DNA of 64,000 bases from Alphaproteobacteria bacterium (GCA_965225945.1 CBDDBZ010000027.1:1-64000), one strand, 5' to 3'; shown: positions 10,192 through 20,951, numbered from the stretch's first letter. The notes: a model not told the origin generated them from the sequence alone. Made by a program: numbers and translations.

Positions 10192-11538
10192 ATGCCCGAG
10201 ACCACCAAGCTGCTCGCCGCCTTCGCCATCCGGCCCGAGGCCGGCCTGCCCGAGGCGGTCGCCCACGAGGCCAGGCGCGCGCTGGTCAATTGGCTCGGCT
10301 GTGTGCTCGGCGGCACGCATCACCCCTCCACCGAGATCGCGCTCGCCGCGACCTTGGCCGCCGGCGGCGGCGACGCGGCGACGGTGCTGGGCCGCCGGGA
10401 GCGGCTGGGCGCGCTCGACGCCGCCTTCGCCAACGGCCTCGCCTCCAGCGCCAATGCCTTCGACGACACCCACCTCGCCACCGTGATCCATCCCACCGGC
10501 CCCGTCGCCGGCGCCCTGCTGGCGGCGGCGGAGGGACGCCCGGTGTCGGGCCAGGACTTTCTCGAAGCCCTCGCCCTCGGCATCGAGGTCGAATGCCGCC
10601 TCGCCATGATGCTGGTCGCCCCGCCGGCGGAAGCGGAGCTCGGCTGGTACCTGACCGGCACCACCGGCGGCGTCGGCGCGGCGGCGGGCGTGGCCCGCCT
10701 GCTCGGCCTCGACGTCCAGCGGACGGCCTGGGCCTTTGGCATCGCGGCCTCCCAGGCCTCGGGCATCCGCCAGACCCACGCGACGATGTGTGTCGGCTTC
10801 GTCCCCGGCCTGGCGGCCCGCGCCGGCCTGTGGGCCGGGCTCCTGGCGGCGCGCGGCTTCACCTCCTCGGCGCGGGCGATCGAGGGGCCGTCGGGATTCG
10901 CCGAGCTGTTCTCCCGCCAGGCCCACCTCCCGGCCGCGACGGAGGGGCTGGGAGCACGCTGGGAGATCCTGGAGAACGCCTATAAGCCCTACCCCTGCGG
11001 CATCGTCATCCATCCGGTGATCGACGCCTGCCTGGAGATCGCGAGCGAGCCCGGCTTCGATGCCTCGAAGGTGACGGCGGTGCGCTTGGGCGTCGACCCG
11101 CTCTGCCTGCGGCTCTGCGACCGGCCGGAGCCGCCGGGCGCGCAAGAGGCGCAAGTGAGCCTGCAACACTGGACCGCCGTCTCGCTGGTCCGGGCGGCGG
11201 CCGGCCTCGCCGAGGGGAGCGAGGACGCGGTGGCCGATCCCGCCGTGCGGCGGGTCCGTGGCCTGGTCGCGGCCGGCCCCGACGACACGGTGGCCCGCGA
11301 CGGCGCGCTGGTGGTGGTGGAGACGGCCGACGGCGGGCGCCGGGAGCGCCGGGTCGAGCATGCCATCGGCAGCCTGGCCCGGCCGATGAGCGATGCGGCG
11401 TTGAGCGGGAAATTCCGGGACCAGGCCGTGTCGGTGCTGGGCGAGGACGGCGCGACGGCGTTGCTGGAGGCGGCGTGGGCGGTCGGCGGCTTGGCCGACG
11501 CCTCCGAGCTCGCCCGCCTCGCCCGGCCCGCCGGCTAG
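10192..11538 (+). CDS. MmgE/PrpD-family protein
   Basis: AAFANG..S.AFDDTH...VIHP and YKPYPCG..IHP motifs. Confidence 0.9.
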   Translation: MPETTKLLAAFAIRPEAGLPEAVAHEARRALVNWLGCVLGGTHHPSTEIALAATLAAGGGDAATVLGRRERLGALDAAFANGLASSANAFDDTHLATVIHPTGPVAGALLAAAEGRPVSGQDFLEALALGIEVECRLAMMLVAPPAEAELGWYLTGTTGGVGAAAGVARLLGLDVQRTAWAFGIAASQASGIRQTHATMCVGFVPGLAARAGLWAGLLAARGFTSSARAIEGPSGFAELFSRQAHLPAATEGLGARWEILENAYKPYPCGIVIHPVIDACLEIASEPGFDASKVTAVRLGVDPLCLRLCDRPEPPGAQEAQVSLQHWTAVSLVRAAAGLAEGSEDAVADPAVRRVRGLVAAGPDDTVARDGALVVVETADGGRRERRVEHAIGSLARPMSDAALSGKFRDQAVSVLGEDGATALLEAAWAVGGLADASELARLARPAG

Positions 11539-11547
11539 GGCGAGCCG

Positions 11548-12252
11548 ATGGCTTGTGTCGTGGTCTGCTCCGGCGGCATGGACTCCGTGACCCTCGCGCA
11601 CCTGGTCCGTTCCCAGGGCCGGCTCGCCCGCCTCGTCACCTTCGATTATGGCCAGCGCCACGCCCGCGAGATCGACTTCGCGGCGCGCGCGGCGGCCGAG
11701 CTCGCGGTGCCGCACGACGTGGTCGACATCTCCAACCTGCGCGGTTTCCTGACCGGCTCGGCGCTGACCGACGACGTCGAGGTGCCGAAGGGGCACTACG
11801 CCGAGGACAGCATGCGGACCACGGTGGTGGCCAACCGTAATCCCATCATGTTCACCATCGCCTTCGCGATCGCGGCCGGCGCGGGGGCGACTTCGGTGGC
11901 GGCGGCGGTGCATGCGGGCGACCACTTCGTCTACCCCGACTGCCGGCCCGAGTTCACCCGCGCCTTCGCCGAAATGGAGCGCCTGGCCCTCGACGGGCTG
12001 TGGGAGATCGCCTTCGAGACCCCCTTCGTCGAGCTGAGCAAGGCCGAGATCGCAGGCCTAGGCGGCCGCCTGGGCGTCGCCTTCGAGCAGACCTGGAGCT
12101 GTTACGAGGGCGGGACGCGCCATTGCGGGCGCTGCGGTACTTGCGTCGAGCGCCGCGAGGCCCTGGCGCTGGCGGGCCTCGAGGACAAGACAGACTACGT
12201 CGATCCCGACTACTGGCTGACGGTCACGGGCGAAAGCGCGCCGGCGTCGTGA
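11548..12252 (+). CDS. queC: 7-cyano-7-deazaguanine synthase
   Basis: SGGMDS PP-loop, FDYGQRH, YPDCRPEF, TWSCY, CGRCGTC. Confidence 0.93.
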   Translation: MACVVVCSGGMDSVTLAHLVRSQGRLARLVTFDYGQRHAREIDFAARAAAELAVPHDVVDISNLRGFLTGSALTDDVEVPKGHYAEDSMRTTVVANRNPIMFTIAFAIAAGAGATSVAAAVHAGDHFVYPDCRPEFTRAFAEMERLALDGLWEIAFETPFVELSKAEIAGLGGRLGVAFEQTWSCYEGGTRHCGRCGTCVERREALALAGLEDKTDYVDPDYWLTVTGESAPAS

Positions 12253-12345
12253 CGGGGACGCGCATTGGGCGATTGCGCCGCCACATTCGGATAGCGCCCG
12301 ACCGCGTGCCGCGCTATCAACGGCGCGCGGCGAGGGAGGCGCGAC

Positions 12346-12816
12346 ATGGGCGACAGGTATTACGAGGATTTCACCATCGGCGAGGAAATCCACTCGCCCG
12401 CCAAGACTTTCAGCGAGGCGGAGATGATCGACTTCGCCTTCCACTACGACCCACAACCGATCCACATCGACGCCCGAGCCGGCGAGGCGAGCCAATTCGG
12501 CGGCCTGATCGCCAGCGGCTGGCAGATCATCGCGACGGCCTTTCGTCTCTTCACCATGACCGGCTCGCTCGGCCCGGCGAGCGAGGGGTCGCCCGGGGTG
12601 GACGAGCTGCGCTGGCTTCTCCCCGTCCGTCCGGGCGATACGATCCACGCGATCGTGACGGTCGAGGGATTGCGCGTCTCCCGCTCGAAGCCGCATATCG
12701 GCCACGTCACCCTGGGCTACCGGGTGGTGAACCAGGCGGGCGAGACCGTCGCCACGATGCGCGCGGTACAGTTCATGCGCCGGCGCGAGGGGGAGGTGGA
12801 GAGCCGACATGCGTGA
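12346..12816 (+). CDS. MaoC-family dehydratase
   Basis: YDPQPIHID...FGGLIASG and LRWLLPVRPGDT. Confidence 0.9.
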   Translation: MGDRYYEDFTIGEEIHSPAKTFSEAEMIDFAFHYDPQPIHIDARAGEASQFGGLIASGWQIIATAFRLFTMTGSLGPASEGSPGVDELRWLLPVRPGDTIHAIVTVEGLRVSRSKPHIGHVTLGYRVVNQAGETVATMRAVQFMRRREGEVESRHA

Positions 12817-14308
12817 GGATCGCCGCGTCCTGATCGTCGCCTTCGACGGGCTGCGCCCCGACATGGCGACGGCCGAGCGGATGCCCAATCTCGATTCCGT
12901 GCGCAGCGTCGGCGTGGATTTCGCCGACTGCCGCGCGGTCTTCCCGACCGAGACCCGGGTCAACCAGGCAAGCCTGGTGACCGGTCGTCACCCCTCGGGC
13001 CATGGCATCGTCGCCAACAAGTTCGTCGATCCGACGCTTGGTGGCGGCTTCATCAACACCTCGAACTTCGAGGCCTCGAGGCGGGCCGACGACGCCCTCG
13101 ACGGCAAGTTGTTGCACGGCGAAAGCCTGGGCGAGGTTCTGGGCCGGTCCGACGGCAGCCTCGCCGTCGTCGGCTGCGGCACGGCCGGCGGCAACCGGAT
13201 GCTGCATCACACGGCGGCCCGGCGCGGCGAGATCAACGTCTCCGCCCATGGCCCCGAGCACACGACCACGCCGGACGCGCTCGCCTGGCTCGCCTCGCGG
13301 ATCGGCCCGCCGCCGGCCGCCGCCATCCCCAACGAGGGACGGATCGAGTGGGTGGCGCGCGCCTATAGGGAGGCGGTGGCGCCGGAACGGGATCCGACCG
13401 TGACGATCCTCTGGTTTTCCGATCCGGACGTGCCCTATCATTATCGCGGCCTGGCCAGCGCCGAGGCCGACGCCGGCATCCGCGCCGCCGACCGGGCCCT
13501 GGGCGCGCTGCTGGACTGGCGGCGGGAAAGTGGGCGGGACGATAGCCTGCAGATCATCGCCATGTCCGATCACGGCCACGTCACCGCCGTCGGCCCGGCG
13601 CTCGACGTCGCCGCGCGGTTGGCGGCGGCGGGCTTCGAACTGGCCGAGAGCCCCGGTGGCGACGGCGACGCGGTGCTGGTACCGGGGAGCTGCGGCTCTC
13701 TCTATTGCCGCGATGTCGAGGCCCAGGCGGCGCTGGTCGACTGGCTCTGGGCGCAACCCTGGATCGAGCTGATCTTCGCCCGGGCGATGAAGGGCGCCGA
13801 GGCGGCGCCCGAGGGCACGCTGGCACTGGCGGCCGCGCATATCGACAATGCCCGCGCCGGCGACATCGTCTTCACCACGCTCCGCGACGAGGCGGCCGGA
13901 CCGGCCGGCCTGGTCGGGCGCTGCCTGCACGACAACGCCGACATTGCCGACGGCGGCGGCCTCCATGGCGGGCTGTCGCGGACCGAGGCGCGCGCGGTGC
14001 TGGCGGCCGACGGCACGGGTTTCGCGAGCGGCCGGCGGATCGCGGCGCCGGTGGGCCTGATCGACGTGATGGCGATGGTCCTGTCGTTGCTGGAGATCGA
14101 GGCGCCGCCGGCGATGGACGGCCGGGTCCCGGCCGGCGCGCTGGCCGATGACGGCGCAAGGGAGGAAGCCGCCGCCCGCGCCGAGGCGACGACCGCCCAG
14201 CGGGGCGCGCGTCGGCAAACCGTCAAAACCACGCGTGTCGGCGAGGCGCGCTATATCGACGAGGGCCGGCTGGAGGGCGCGCCCGGCATCGACGACGTCG
14301 TCGTTTGA
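12809..14308 (+). CDS. Alkaline-phosphatase-superfamily (NPP/phosphodiesterase) protein
   Basis: FDGLRPD, VFPTETRVNQASLVTG, DPD..H, MSDHGH, HGGL. Confidence 0.85.
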   Translation: MREDRRVLIVAFDGLRPDMATAERMPNLDSVRSVGVDFADCRAVFPTETRVNQASLVTGRHPSGHGIVANKFVDPTLGGGFINTSNFEASRRADDALDGKLLHGESLGEVLGRSDGSLAVVGCGTAGGNRMLHHTAARRGEINVSAHGPEHTTTPDALAWLASRIGPPPAAAIPNEGRIEWVARAYREAVAPERDPTVTILWFSDPDVPYHYRGLASAEADAGIRAADRALGALLDWRRESGRDDSLQIIAMSDHGHVTAVGPALDVAARLAAAGFELAESPGGDGDAVLVPGSCGSLYCRDVEAQAALVDWLWAQPWIELIFARAMKGAEAAPEGTLALAAAHIDNARAGDIVFTTLRDEAAGPAGLVGRCLHDNADIADGGGLHGGLSRTEARAVLAADGTGFASGRRIAAPVGLIDVMAMVLSLLEIEAPPAMDGRVPAGALADDGAREEAAARAEATTAQRGARRQTVKTTRVGEARYIDEGRLEGAPGIDDVVV

Positions 14309-14324
14309 GCCGGGGGGGGCCAAC

Positions 14325-14356
14325 CGAGCGAAGCGAAGGACTTTTCAACCGGAAAC
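14325..14356 (+). repeat. Intergenic mini-repeat, copy B (partial)
   Basis: CGAGCGAAGCGAAGGACTTTTCAACCGGAAA abutting the Lrp stop codon. Confidence 0.6.
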
Positions 14357-14835
14357 TATTCGACATAGCCCAGCGGCAGTTCGGTCGTCGCCTTGAGGGT
14401 CTCCATGACGAAGCTGGATGAAACGTCGTCGAGGTCGATGGCCTCGATCAGCCGCTTGTAGACCGCGTCGTAGCCGGCGATCGAGGGCACCACCACCTTC
14501 AGCAGATAATCGACGTCGCCGGCCAGGCGATGAACCTCGACGACCTCCTCGATGTCCCGGATCGCCTCGGCGAAACGCTCCAGCCAAGTCTGCTCGTGAT
14601 GGCGGGTCCTGAGCCGGACGAAGACCGTCACCCCACAGTTGATCTTATCCGGATCCAGCAGCGCGATGCGCCGGGCGATGTAGCCGCGCGCCTCCAGCCC
14701 CCGCACGCGGCGCCAGCAGGGCGTCGTCGAAAGCCCGATTCGTCCGGCGATATCCGCGACCGTCAAGGTGGCGTCGGCCTGCAACAGGGCTAGGATCTTC
14801 TTGTCGAAGACGTCCATTGGTAAAATATTCTCCAA
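14356..14835 (-). CDS. Lrp/AsnC-family regulator (DecR-like)
   Basis: DKKILALLQADA...IGLSTTPCWRRV; HRLAGDVDYLLKV. Confidence 0.93.
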   Translation of the reverse strand: MENILPMDVFDKKILALLQADATLTVADIAGRIGLSTTPCWRRVRGLEARGYIARRIALLDPDKINCGVTVFVRLRTRHHEQTWLERFAEAIRDIEEVVEVHRLAGDVDYLLKVVVPSIAGYDAVYKRLIEAIDLDDVSSSFVMETLKATTELPLGYVE

Positions 14836-15174
14836 ATCCGCCGACTATTCGGGTAATTTTTCGCTATTTTACGGATTCGGCACCAAATTGGCAATACTCT
14901 TTCTCTAGAAATTTGCACTTCCATTCCCACATCTCGATTCGAACAACGAAGAACTCCATGGGGGTCCCGGTCTGTCAATCGGCGTTGAACATTGACCCCC
15001 ATCGGCGTGCAATGTTGACCCCTTTGGGGATGCACGGCGGAGGTCGTACAGGTAGTCCATAGGAGGGGCCCGCGCGCGGGCCGACGCGCCCACCACGCGG
15101 CTGGCGGCGGACCGCGCGTGGGAGGTTCCTGTGGGCCCACCTGGGCGACCGGGCGGCAGGTGGATCGGTTGCCT

Positions 15175-15903
15175 TTAGGACCGATTCTTGAAGCGCCAGG
15201 AGTCGTTTCCGGTCTCGATGATCTCGCAGTGGTGCGTCAGACGATCGAGGAGCGCGGTGGTCATCTTGGCGTCGCCGAAGACGGACGGCCATTCGCCGAA
15301 GGTCAGGTTGGTGGTGACGATGATCGAGGTGCGCTCGTAGAGCCGGCTGACGAGGTGGAACAGCAGCTGGCCTCCGGTTTGGGCGAAGGGCAGGTAGCCG
15401 AGCTCGTCGAGGATGACGAGGTCGCGCCGGGCCAGCTGATCGGCGAGCCGGCCCTGGCGGCCGGCGCGGGCTTCGGCCTCGAGCCGGTTGACCAGGTCGA
15501 CGACGTTGAAGAAGCGGCCCCGGGCGCCATCGCGGATGCAGGCCCGCGCGATGGCGACGGCGAGATGGCTCTTGCCGGTGCCGGTGCCGCCGATCAGCAC
15601 GGCGTTGCGCTGGTTGGCCAGGAAGCCGCCGACCGCCAACTCGCGGACCAGCGGCTCGTTGACCGGGGTGTCGGTGAAGTCGAAGTCGGCCAGCTCCTTG
15701 GCCAGCGGCAGCTTGGCGCCACTCATCTGGTACTTGATGGATCGCGCCTGCTTGTCGGCGATCTCGGCCTTCAACAGCTCGCCGATGATTCGCTGCATCG
15801 GATGCTGGCGCTTGAGGCCGTCGGCGAGCACCTCGTCGAACGCGTCGCGCATGCCGGCGAGCTTGAGTGCGGCCATCATCTCCAGGACCTCATGGCGCTC
15901 CAT
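15175..15903 (-). CDS. istB: IS21 helper ATPase
   Basis: Walker A GGTGTGKS, Walker [19 protein letters not shown]. Confidence 0.95.
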   Translation of the reverse strand: MERHEVLEMMAALKLAGMRDAFDEVLADGLKRQHPMQRIIGELLKAEIADKQARSIKYQMSGAKLPLAKELADFDFTDTPVNEPLVRELAVGGFLANQRNAVLIGGTGTGKSHLAVAIARACIRDGARGRFFNVVDLVNRLEAEARAGRQGRLADQLARRDLVILDELGYLPFAQTGGQLLFHLVSRLYERTSIIVTTNLTFGEWPSVFGDAKMTTALLDRLTHHCEIIETGNDSWRFKNRS

Positions 15904-17401
15904 GGCCGACCCCCCTCAAGCGGTCGTAGCGGGTGCAATCGGCCACCGGCTCAAAGCGAAGACGCAGGTTCGCGGGCGTCGGGATCGGCGCCGTCTCGGA
16001 CGGCTGGCGCCGACGATTGAGGATGTTGAGCACGACGTCGGCGCTGCACACGCCGCCAGCGAGCGCCTCGGCACAGGCGGCCTCCACCGCCGCCAGCCCA
16101 TCCGCCAGCACGGCGGTGAGGATCTCGACCATCTGCCTGTCGCCGTCGTCGTGGCCGGCGAGCCGGACGCGCACGCGACCCAGGGCGCCGGGCAGCGCCC
16201 AGTCCTTGAACGGCGCGCCGTTACGAAGCGCACCGGGCTTCCTCGCCAGCACGGGCACGTAGTGCCACGGGTCATAGACGGTCTGGTCGCGGCCGAAGCG
16301 CCGGGCATGCTCGGCGACGATCTCGCCGTCCTGGCGGATGACGATGCGATCGGCGTAGGCATGGACCTCGACCGGACGGCCGACGGCGCGCGCCGCCACG
16401 CTGTACTTGTTGCTGTCGAAGCGCACCAGGCAGGTCTTCGACACCGACGCCGGGACCGCGTGGAAGCCGTCGAACGGCCCGCGATAGCCGACCAGGGACG
16501 GACGCTCGTCCTCGAACACCTGCCAGACAGTCCTGTCCTTGAACACCGGGTGGGGATGACGCCGGGCGTAGGCGACGCACTGGTCCAAGAGCCAGGCGTT
16601 GAGCTCGTCGTAGGTCTTGAAGCGCAGCCGCGGGGTGAAGAACCGACCGCGGATGATCCCGACCTGGTTCTCGACCTGCCCCTTCTCCCATCCCGCTCCC
16701 GGCGTGCATGCTGTCGGTTCGACCAGGTAGTGGCCACACATCTGCACGAAGCGCCGGTTGAACGCGCGCTCCTTGCCGATGAGGACGGTCTGCACCGCCG
16801 TCTTCATGTTGTCGTAGATGCCTCGCCGGCAGGCACCCTGGAACAGCCGGAATGCCCGGTCGTGGGCGTCGAACACCATCTCCTGGCTCTCGCGCGGATA
16901 AGCGCGGACGAAGAACATTCGGCTGTGGCACAGCCGGACGTGCGCGACCTTGACCTTGGTCGTCACCCCCGCCAGCACCACGTACTCGTGGCTCCAGTCG
17001 AACTGATAGGCCTCGCCCGGCGAGAACACCAACGGCACATAGGTCTGCGCCGTCGATGCCGAACGGCGCCACCGCCACGCCTTGGCGTAGCGCCGCACCG
17101 CGTCGTAGCCGCCGCCATAGCCCAGACCCTCGAGGGCTTCGGAGATCCGTAGCAGCGTCAGCCGCTCCCGCTTCGACTTGGTCTCGTTGGCCTCCAGCAT
17201 CCGCTCCAGCTCGGCCGTCCACGGCCCCAGCTTCGGCATCGGCTGGACCCGCCGGTCGTAGGTGAACGCCGTCGCCTGCGAACGGATCACCTTGCGCACC
17301 GTGTTGCCCGAGACCTTCACGTCCCGCACGATCTCCTTGATCGGCTTCCCCTTGACGAAATACTCCCGCCGGATCCGCGCTATCGTCTCCACGACCAACA
17401 T
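15890..17401 (-). CDS. istA: IS21 transposase
   Basis: QFDWS, IYDNMKT, EKGQVEN DDE motifs. Confidence 0.95.
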   Translation of the reverse strand: MLVVETIARIRREYFVKGKPIKEIVRDVKVSGNTVRKVIRSQATAFTYDRRVQPMPKLGPWTAELERMLEANETKSKRERLTLLRISEALEGLGYGGGYDAVRRYAKAWRWRRSASTAQTYVPLVFSPGEAYQFDWSHEYVVLAGVTTKVKVAHVRLCHSRMFFVRAYPRESQEMVFDAHDRAFRLFQGACRRGIYDNMKTAVQTVLIGKERAFNRRFVQMCGHYLVEPTACTPGAGWEKGQVENQVGIIRGRFFTPRLRFKTYDELNAWLLDQCVAYARRHPHPVFKDRTVWQVFEDERPSLVGYRGPFDGFHAVPASVSKTCLVRFDSNKYSVAARAVGRPVEVHAYADRIVIRQDGEIVAEHARRFGRDQTVYDPWHYVPVLARKPGALRNGAPFKDWALPGALGRVRVRLAGHDDGDRQMVEILTAVLADGLAAVEAACAEALAGGVCSADVVLNILNRRRQPSETAPIPTPANLRLRFEPVADCTRYDRLRGVGHGAP

Positions 17402-17522
17402 CCCCCACCACCTCGTCCGCCCAAAAACGAGGTGACTTGGACTAGCCAGGCTCAGGGGGTCAAATTTGGACGCCGATCACCCCTCAACAGGGGTCAACTT
17501 TGCACGCCGTTCCACACCGGTC

Positions 17523-17783
17523 ATGCTTCAGCGTCTCTTCTCCGAGCACCCGGCGAGCGTCGGCGAGAGCTATTTCGAGCACATGGGGATGGCATTCGGG
17601 TTTTCCGGCCGCATGGCGCTCGGCGCCTGCGCCTGCGCCCTCCATGGCCTCTTTCCCTTCCTCTGCACCAAGACCGGCAGTAGCACGATCAACGAACTTC
17701 ACCATTCGATGGTGAGCCATCGCGTCGTCGCCGAGCGCGCGCCGGCAAGCACCGCTCCGAGGTCCCCCCAAGCCGCGACCTGA
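17523..17783 (+). CDS. Small membrane protein (DUF6356-like)
   Basis: MLQRLFSEHPASVGESYFEHM...HGLFPFL; the ATG directly follows the IS21 TSD. Confidence 0.75.
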   Translation: MLQRLFSEHPASVGESYFEHMGMAFGFSGRMALGACACALHGLFPFLCTKTGSSTINELHHSMVSHRVVAERAPASTAPRSPQAAT

Positions 17784-17838
17784 TCGTCATTGGGATCGCC
17801 ACGACACGGACGCCGCCCCTCGGGGCGGCGGCGAGCGG

Positions 17839-18705
17839 TCAGTTGCCGCGTCGGTGCATCTGGATGCGGGCGTAGGCGCCCTCGACGTTCAGCGGTCCCC
17901 ACTCCTCGAAGCGGGCCATGTCCTGGTATTTCGACAGGTCGATCGCCGCCTTGGTCTCCTCGAGGCTCTTGCCTTGGCGCGCCAGCGCCAGGACCTGGTC
18001 GTAAAGCGCGGCCATGTATTCGCGGAAGCGCGTGACGTCGGCCATGGTGCCGAGCTTGCCGTGGCCCGGCGCCAGGACGTCGAAATCCATGCCCTCGACC
18101 CGCCGGAGCGAGCTGATCCAATCCGGCAGATAGCCGTCGGAAAGCGTCTTGAAGGCGACCGTCTGGACCGGGATGAAATCGACCGCGAACAGCACGCGCT
18201 CGGCCGGGAAGTTCATCACGATCATGTTGTCGGAATGGTTCCGGCCGAGGTGGCTCAGTTCCACTCGGGCGCCACCGAGCTCGATCGTCATCGCCCGCTC
18301 GAAGGTGATGTCCGGGACCGCCGTCGGCCGCAACTCGGCGATGATCGTCGCCTTCGCGCGGGCGTGGGCGACGACGATGGCGCCGGCCGCCTTGAACACT
18401 TCGCCGCCGGAGCTGTGATCGCGGTGATCGTGGCTCAAGATCAGATAGCGGATGGGCTTGCCGAACCGTTCCTTGATCCGGTCGCGCAGCCAGGCCGCGG
18501 CCTCGGCGTTGATCGGATCGGTGACGATGACACCGTCCGGCGTCACCAGGAAGACCGAATAGTGGAAGTTGTTCTGGAAGCGATAGAGATCGCCGCTGAT
18601 CTGGGTGATGGCGCGCTTGGCCGCGCCCTGCGCCAAGGCCACCCCGCCGAGCGCCAGCACCGCCACGCCCGCCGCCACAACCGTCCTCGAGAGCCGACCG
18701 AGCAT
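17839..18705 (-). CDS. Secreted MBL-fold metallo-hydrolase
   Basis: Signal peptide; SHDHRDH, NHSD and PGHG motifs. Confidence 0.88.
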   Translation of the reverse strand: MLGRLSRTVVAAGVAVLALGGVALAQGAAKRAITQISGDLYRFQNNFHYSVFLVTPDGVIVTDPINAEAAAWLRDRIKERFGKPIRYLILSHDHRDHSSGGEVFKAAGAIVVAHARAKATIIAELRPTAVPDITFERAMTIELGGARVELSHLGRNHSDNMIVMNFPAERVLFAVDFIPVQTVAFKTLSDGYLPDWISSLRRVEGMDFDVLAPGHGKLGTMADVTRFREYMAALYDQVLALARQGKSLEETKAAIDLSKYQDMARFEEWGPLNVEGAYARIQMHRRGN

Positions 18706-18852
18706 GTCCCTTCCTCCGCTTGCATGATCGAGGGGGCGAGTGTAGCGGCCGCGACCGGGAGGATCGCCATCAATCTTTCGTCAGCGCGCCGCTCGAGCCC
18801 GAGGGGTCTGTTCGGGGGCAATCTCGATCCAGAGCTAATGAACATTATCAAT

Positions 18853-18877
18853 TATTCACAATAACAGATTGTGAATA
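18853..18877. promoter_or_regulatory. Perfect 10-bp inverted repeat TATTCACAAT-N5-ATTGTGAATA in an AT-rich divergent intergenic region; putative operator
   Basis: Seen directly; function inferred. Confidence 0.45.
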
Positions 18878-19179
18878 TTGAATAATTATCCATCGAAAAA
18901 AATCTTCGACCCCTTTGAAAATTGAGTCGAAGCGCCGGCGAGCCGGCCTCGTCTACGCGCCCATCCCGCAAATGTGGGGCGGGCGTATCGCAAAGAGCGG
19001 ATTTTCACCTCGCCTGGTCGCCGGCCACCATGGCGCCCGTGACGATGCGTCGAAGCGGGCCCGTGCGGACCCGCAATTCCATGGGTGTAGACGTTCGTGA
19101 CGGGGCCGACCCTTCTCCCTCTCGACGCTTCGGCGACAGAGCCCCTCGCGAACGTCCACCCGCCTGGAGGTAGGACAAA

Positions 19180-20019
19180 ATGCACTGGAAACATCCCAAG
19201 CCGAATTTCGTGCTGCTGGCGAGCCTCGCGATCGTCGCCTGGGGCGCCGGCACCGGTATCGCCACCGCGACCTCGCCCTGCGGCGACTTCGGGGCCTGCA
19301 AAGCCCTCATCGAAATCAACGCCTCCGACGGCGACATCGGCTTTCATTTTCTGAAGGACGGCGACGACCTGAGGGCGACCCATATCGAAAACGCCAGTGG
19401 TCAGAAGATCTTCGAGGACAGGGCCAAGGGCTCCATGGTGGAGCAGAAGTACACCGAGATCTTCGGCGAGAGCGCGGAGCCACTTTGCTGGGTGGATCCC
19501 GAGGCTGACCCGGACGAGGAGATCGTCACCCTGGAGCAGTTCATCGAGCGCTGGGAGCCCGGAACCTACCGGTTTTTCGGCCAATCGGATGCCGGCGAGA
19601 TGTCCGAAGGGGAAACCGAGTTTAGCCATAACCTGCCCGCCGCGCCGGTGGACCTGGACTTCAATTCCAAAACCGGCGTCATTTCGTGGGCACCAGGCGA
19701 CGATTTGGGAAACTGTGCCTCCAATTCGGACTTGGACGCCCTCGTCGCCGACGGCGTTCTACCGATGCACCCCGAGGACGTCACGGTTGCCGTCTGGGAG
19801 GTGGTTTTCGAACCCGACGACGGCTCGGGCCTCAAGTTCACGGTCCGCGTCCCGCCAGGCGTGTCGAGCGTCAAGGTCCCGGCGGACTACCTCGACTCCC
19901 TCCCCGATGATACGCCGGCCAAGATCGAAGTCGGCGCCATCACCCTGACGGACAACGCGACGTTCACGGAGGTGGGTGACATCTGCATCAACGAAACCAA
20001 GAGCGGCTGCCCCGACTGA
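19180..20019 (+). CDS. Secreted acidic hypothetical protein
   Basis: AGGA RBS, signal peptide, Asp/Glu-rich, several Cys. Confidence 0.75.
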   Translation: MHWKHPKPNFVLLASLAIVAWGAGTGIATATSPCGDFGACKALIEINASDGDIGFHFLKDGDDLRATHIENASGQKIFEDRAKGSMVEQKYTEIFGESAEPLCWVDPEADPDEEIVTLEQFIERWEPGTYRFFGQSDAGEMSEGETEFSHNLPAAPVDLDFNSKTGVISWAPGDDLGNCASNSDLDALVADGVLPMHPEDVTVAVWEVVFEPDDGSGLKFTVRVPPGVSSVKVPADYLDSLPDDTPAKIEVGAITLTDNATFTEVGDICINETKSGCPD

Positions 20020-20243
20020 CCCGTGACCGGGGTATTGAAGTCGCTTTCCCCCCTCGATTCCTCACGGCTCCAATTGCCTCCGGCGAAAGGTGATGGCCAG
20101 GGGCGATTGGAGCCGATCGTCGACGCCCTCAAGCCCCACTCGTCGCCGCGCAGGCGCGAAAGGGACCCGCCTACCCCGCCATGGTCGGTTCTGCTAGCAT
20201 GAAACATCATGCGTGATCCAAATCGAGTGAAAGAGGAAGCACG

Positions 20244-20813
20244 GTGAAAGATCTCGGTGAACGCAAAATAAGATGGATTCTCGGCCTTGTCGGCGTGGGT
20301 TGCTACGCCAGCCTGCTCGGCCTGGATATATTGACGGAAACCGACGACGTCTCGTTGGTCGATTTCCTGGTCGATGCCGTGGCGCTACTTTTGACGATCG
20401 GCGCCGCCGTCGGCGTCGCGCTCTTGCTACAGCGCGTGCACAAGCAGCATGAAGAGAGGGCATCGCTGATCGCGGATCTCGAGATCGCCCGCGCCGAGGG
20501 CGAAGAGTGGCGCGGCAAGATGCACACGCATCTGAACGGCATTCGGATCGAGATGGACAAACAGTTCGAGAACTGGGGCATGACGGCAGCGGAACGTGAC
20601 GTCGCGCTACTGATCCTGAAGGGATTGAGCCACAAGGAAGTGGCGACCCTGCGCGGCACCGCCGAGGCCACCGTCCGCCAGCAGGCGGGTTCGATCTACG
20701 CGAAGGCGAAGCTGCCGGGGAAGACCGCGTTTTCCGCCTATTTCCTCGAGGATCTTTGGATTCCCGGGGATGGCGGGATGAACAGCGAGAGGGGCCAGTT
20801 GAATTTGTCGTGA
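20244..20813 (+). CDS. Membrane-anchored LuxR-type HTH regulator
   Basis: Two hydrophobic helices, then MTAAERDVALLILKGLSHKEVATLRGTAEATVRQQ. Confidence 0.85.
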   Translation: MKDLGERKIRWILGLVGVGCYASLLGLDILTETDDVSLVDFLVDAVALLLTIGAAVGVALLLQRVHKQHEERASLIADLEIARAEGEEWRGKMHTHLNGIRIEMDKQFENWGMTAAERDVALLILKGLSHKEVATLRGTAEATVRQQAGSIYAKAKLPGKTAFSAYFLEDLWIPGDGGMNSERGQLNLS

Positions 20814-20900
20814 CGTCGAGGGGCGTCGATAGCACGGAATTTTTACCGTTCACCCGATCGCCCGTGACGTTCCGTCCGACCGCGTCGTGCAATTCTTGAT

Positions 20901-20951
20901 CGTGAAGAAGTCCCTTGGCTGAGCGAAGCGAAGGTCTTTTTAACAGGGATC
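20901..20951 (+). repeat. Intergenic mini-repeat, copy C
   Basis: GTGAAGAAGTCCCTT...GAGCGAAGCGAAGGTCTTTTTAACAGGGATC. Confidence 0.6.

Larger units (their letters stand above)
14973..17516 (-). mobile_element. IS21-family element (type A), copy 1, complete
   Basis: TGT...ACA ends with repeated internal motifs (ATCGGCGT..AA.TTGACCCC); 6-bp TSD CCGGTC at 14967-14972 and 17517-17522; istA-istB pair. Confidence 0.95.

Noticed and set aside
11548-12252. queC as QatC of a QatABCD defence system
   Set aside because: Canonical length and motifs; no ATPase or TatD neighbours
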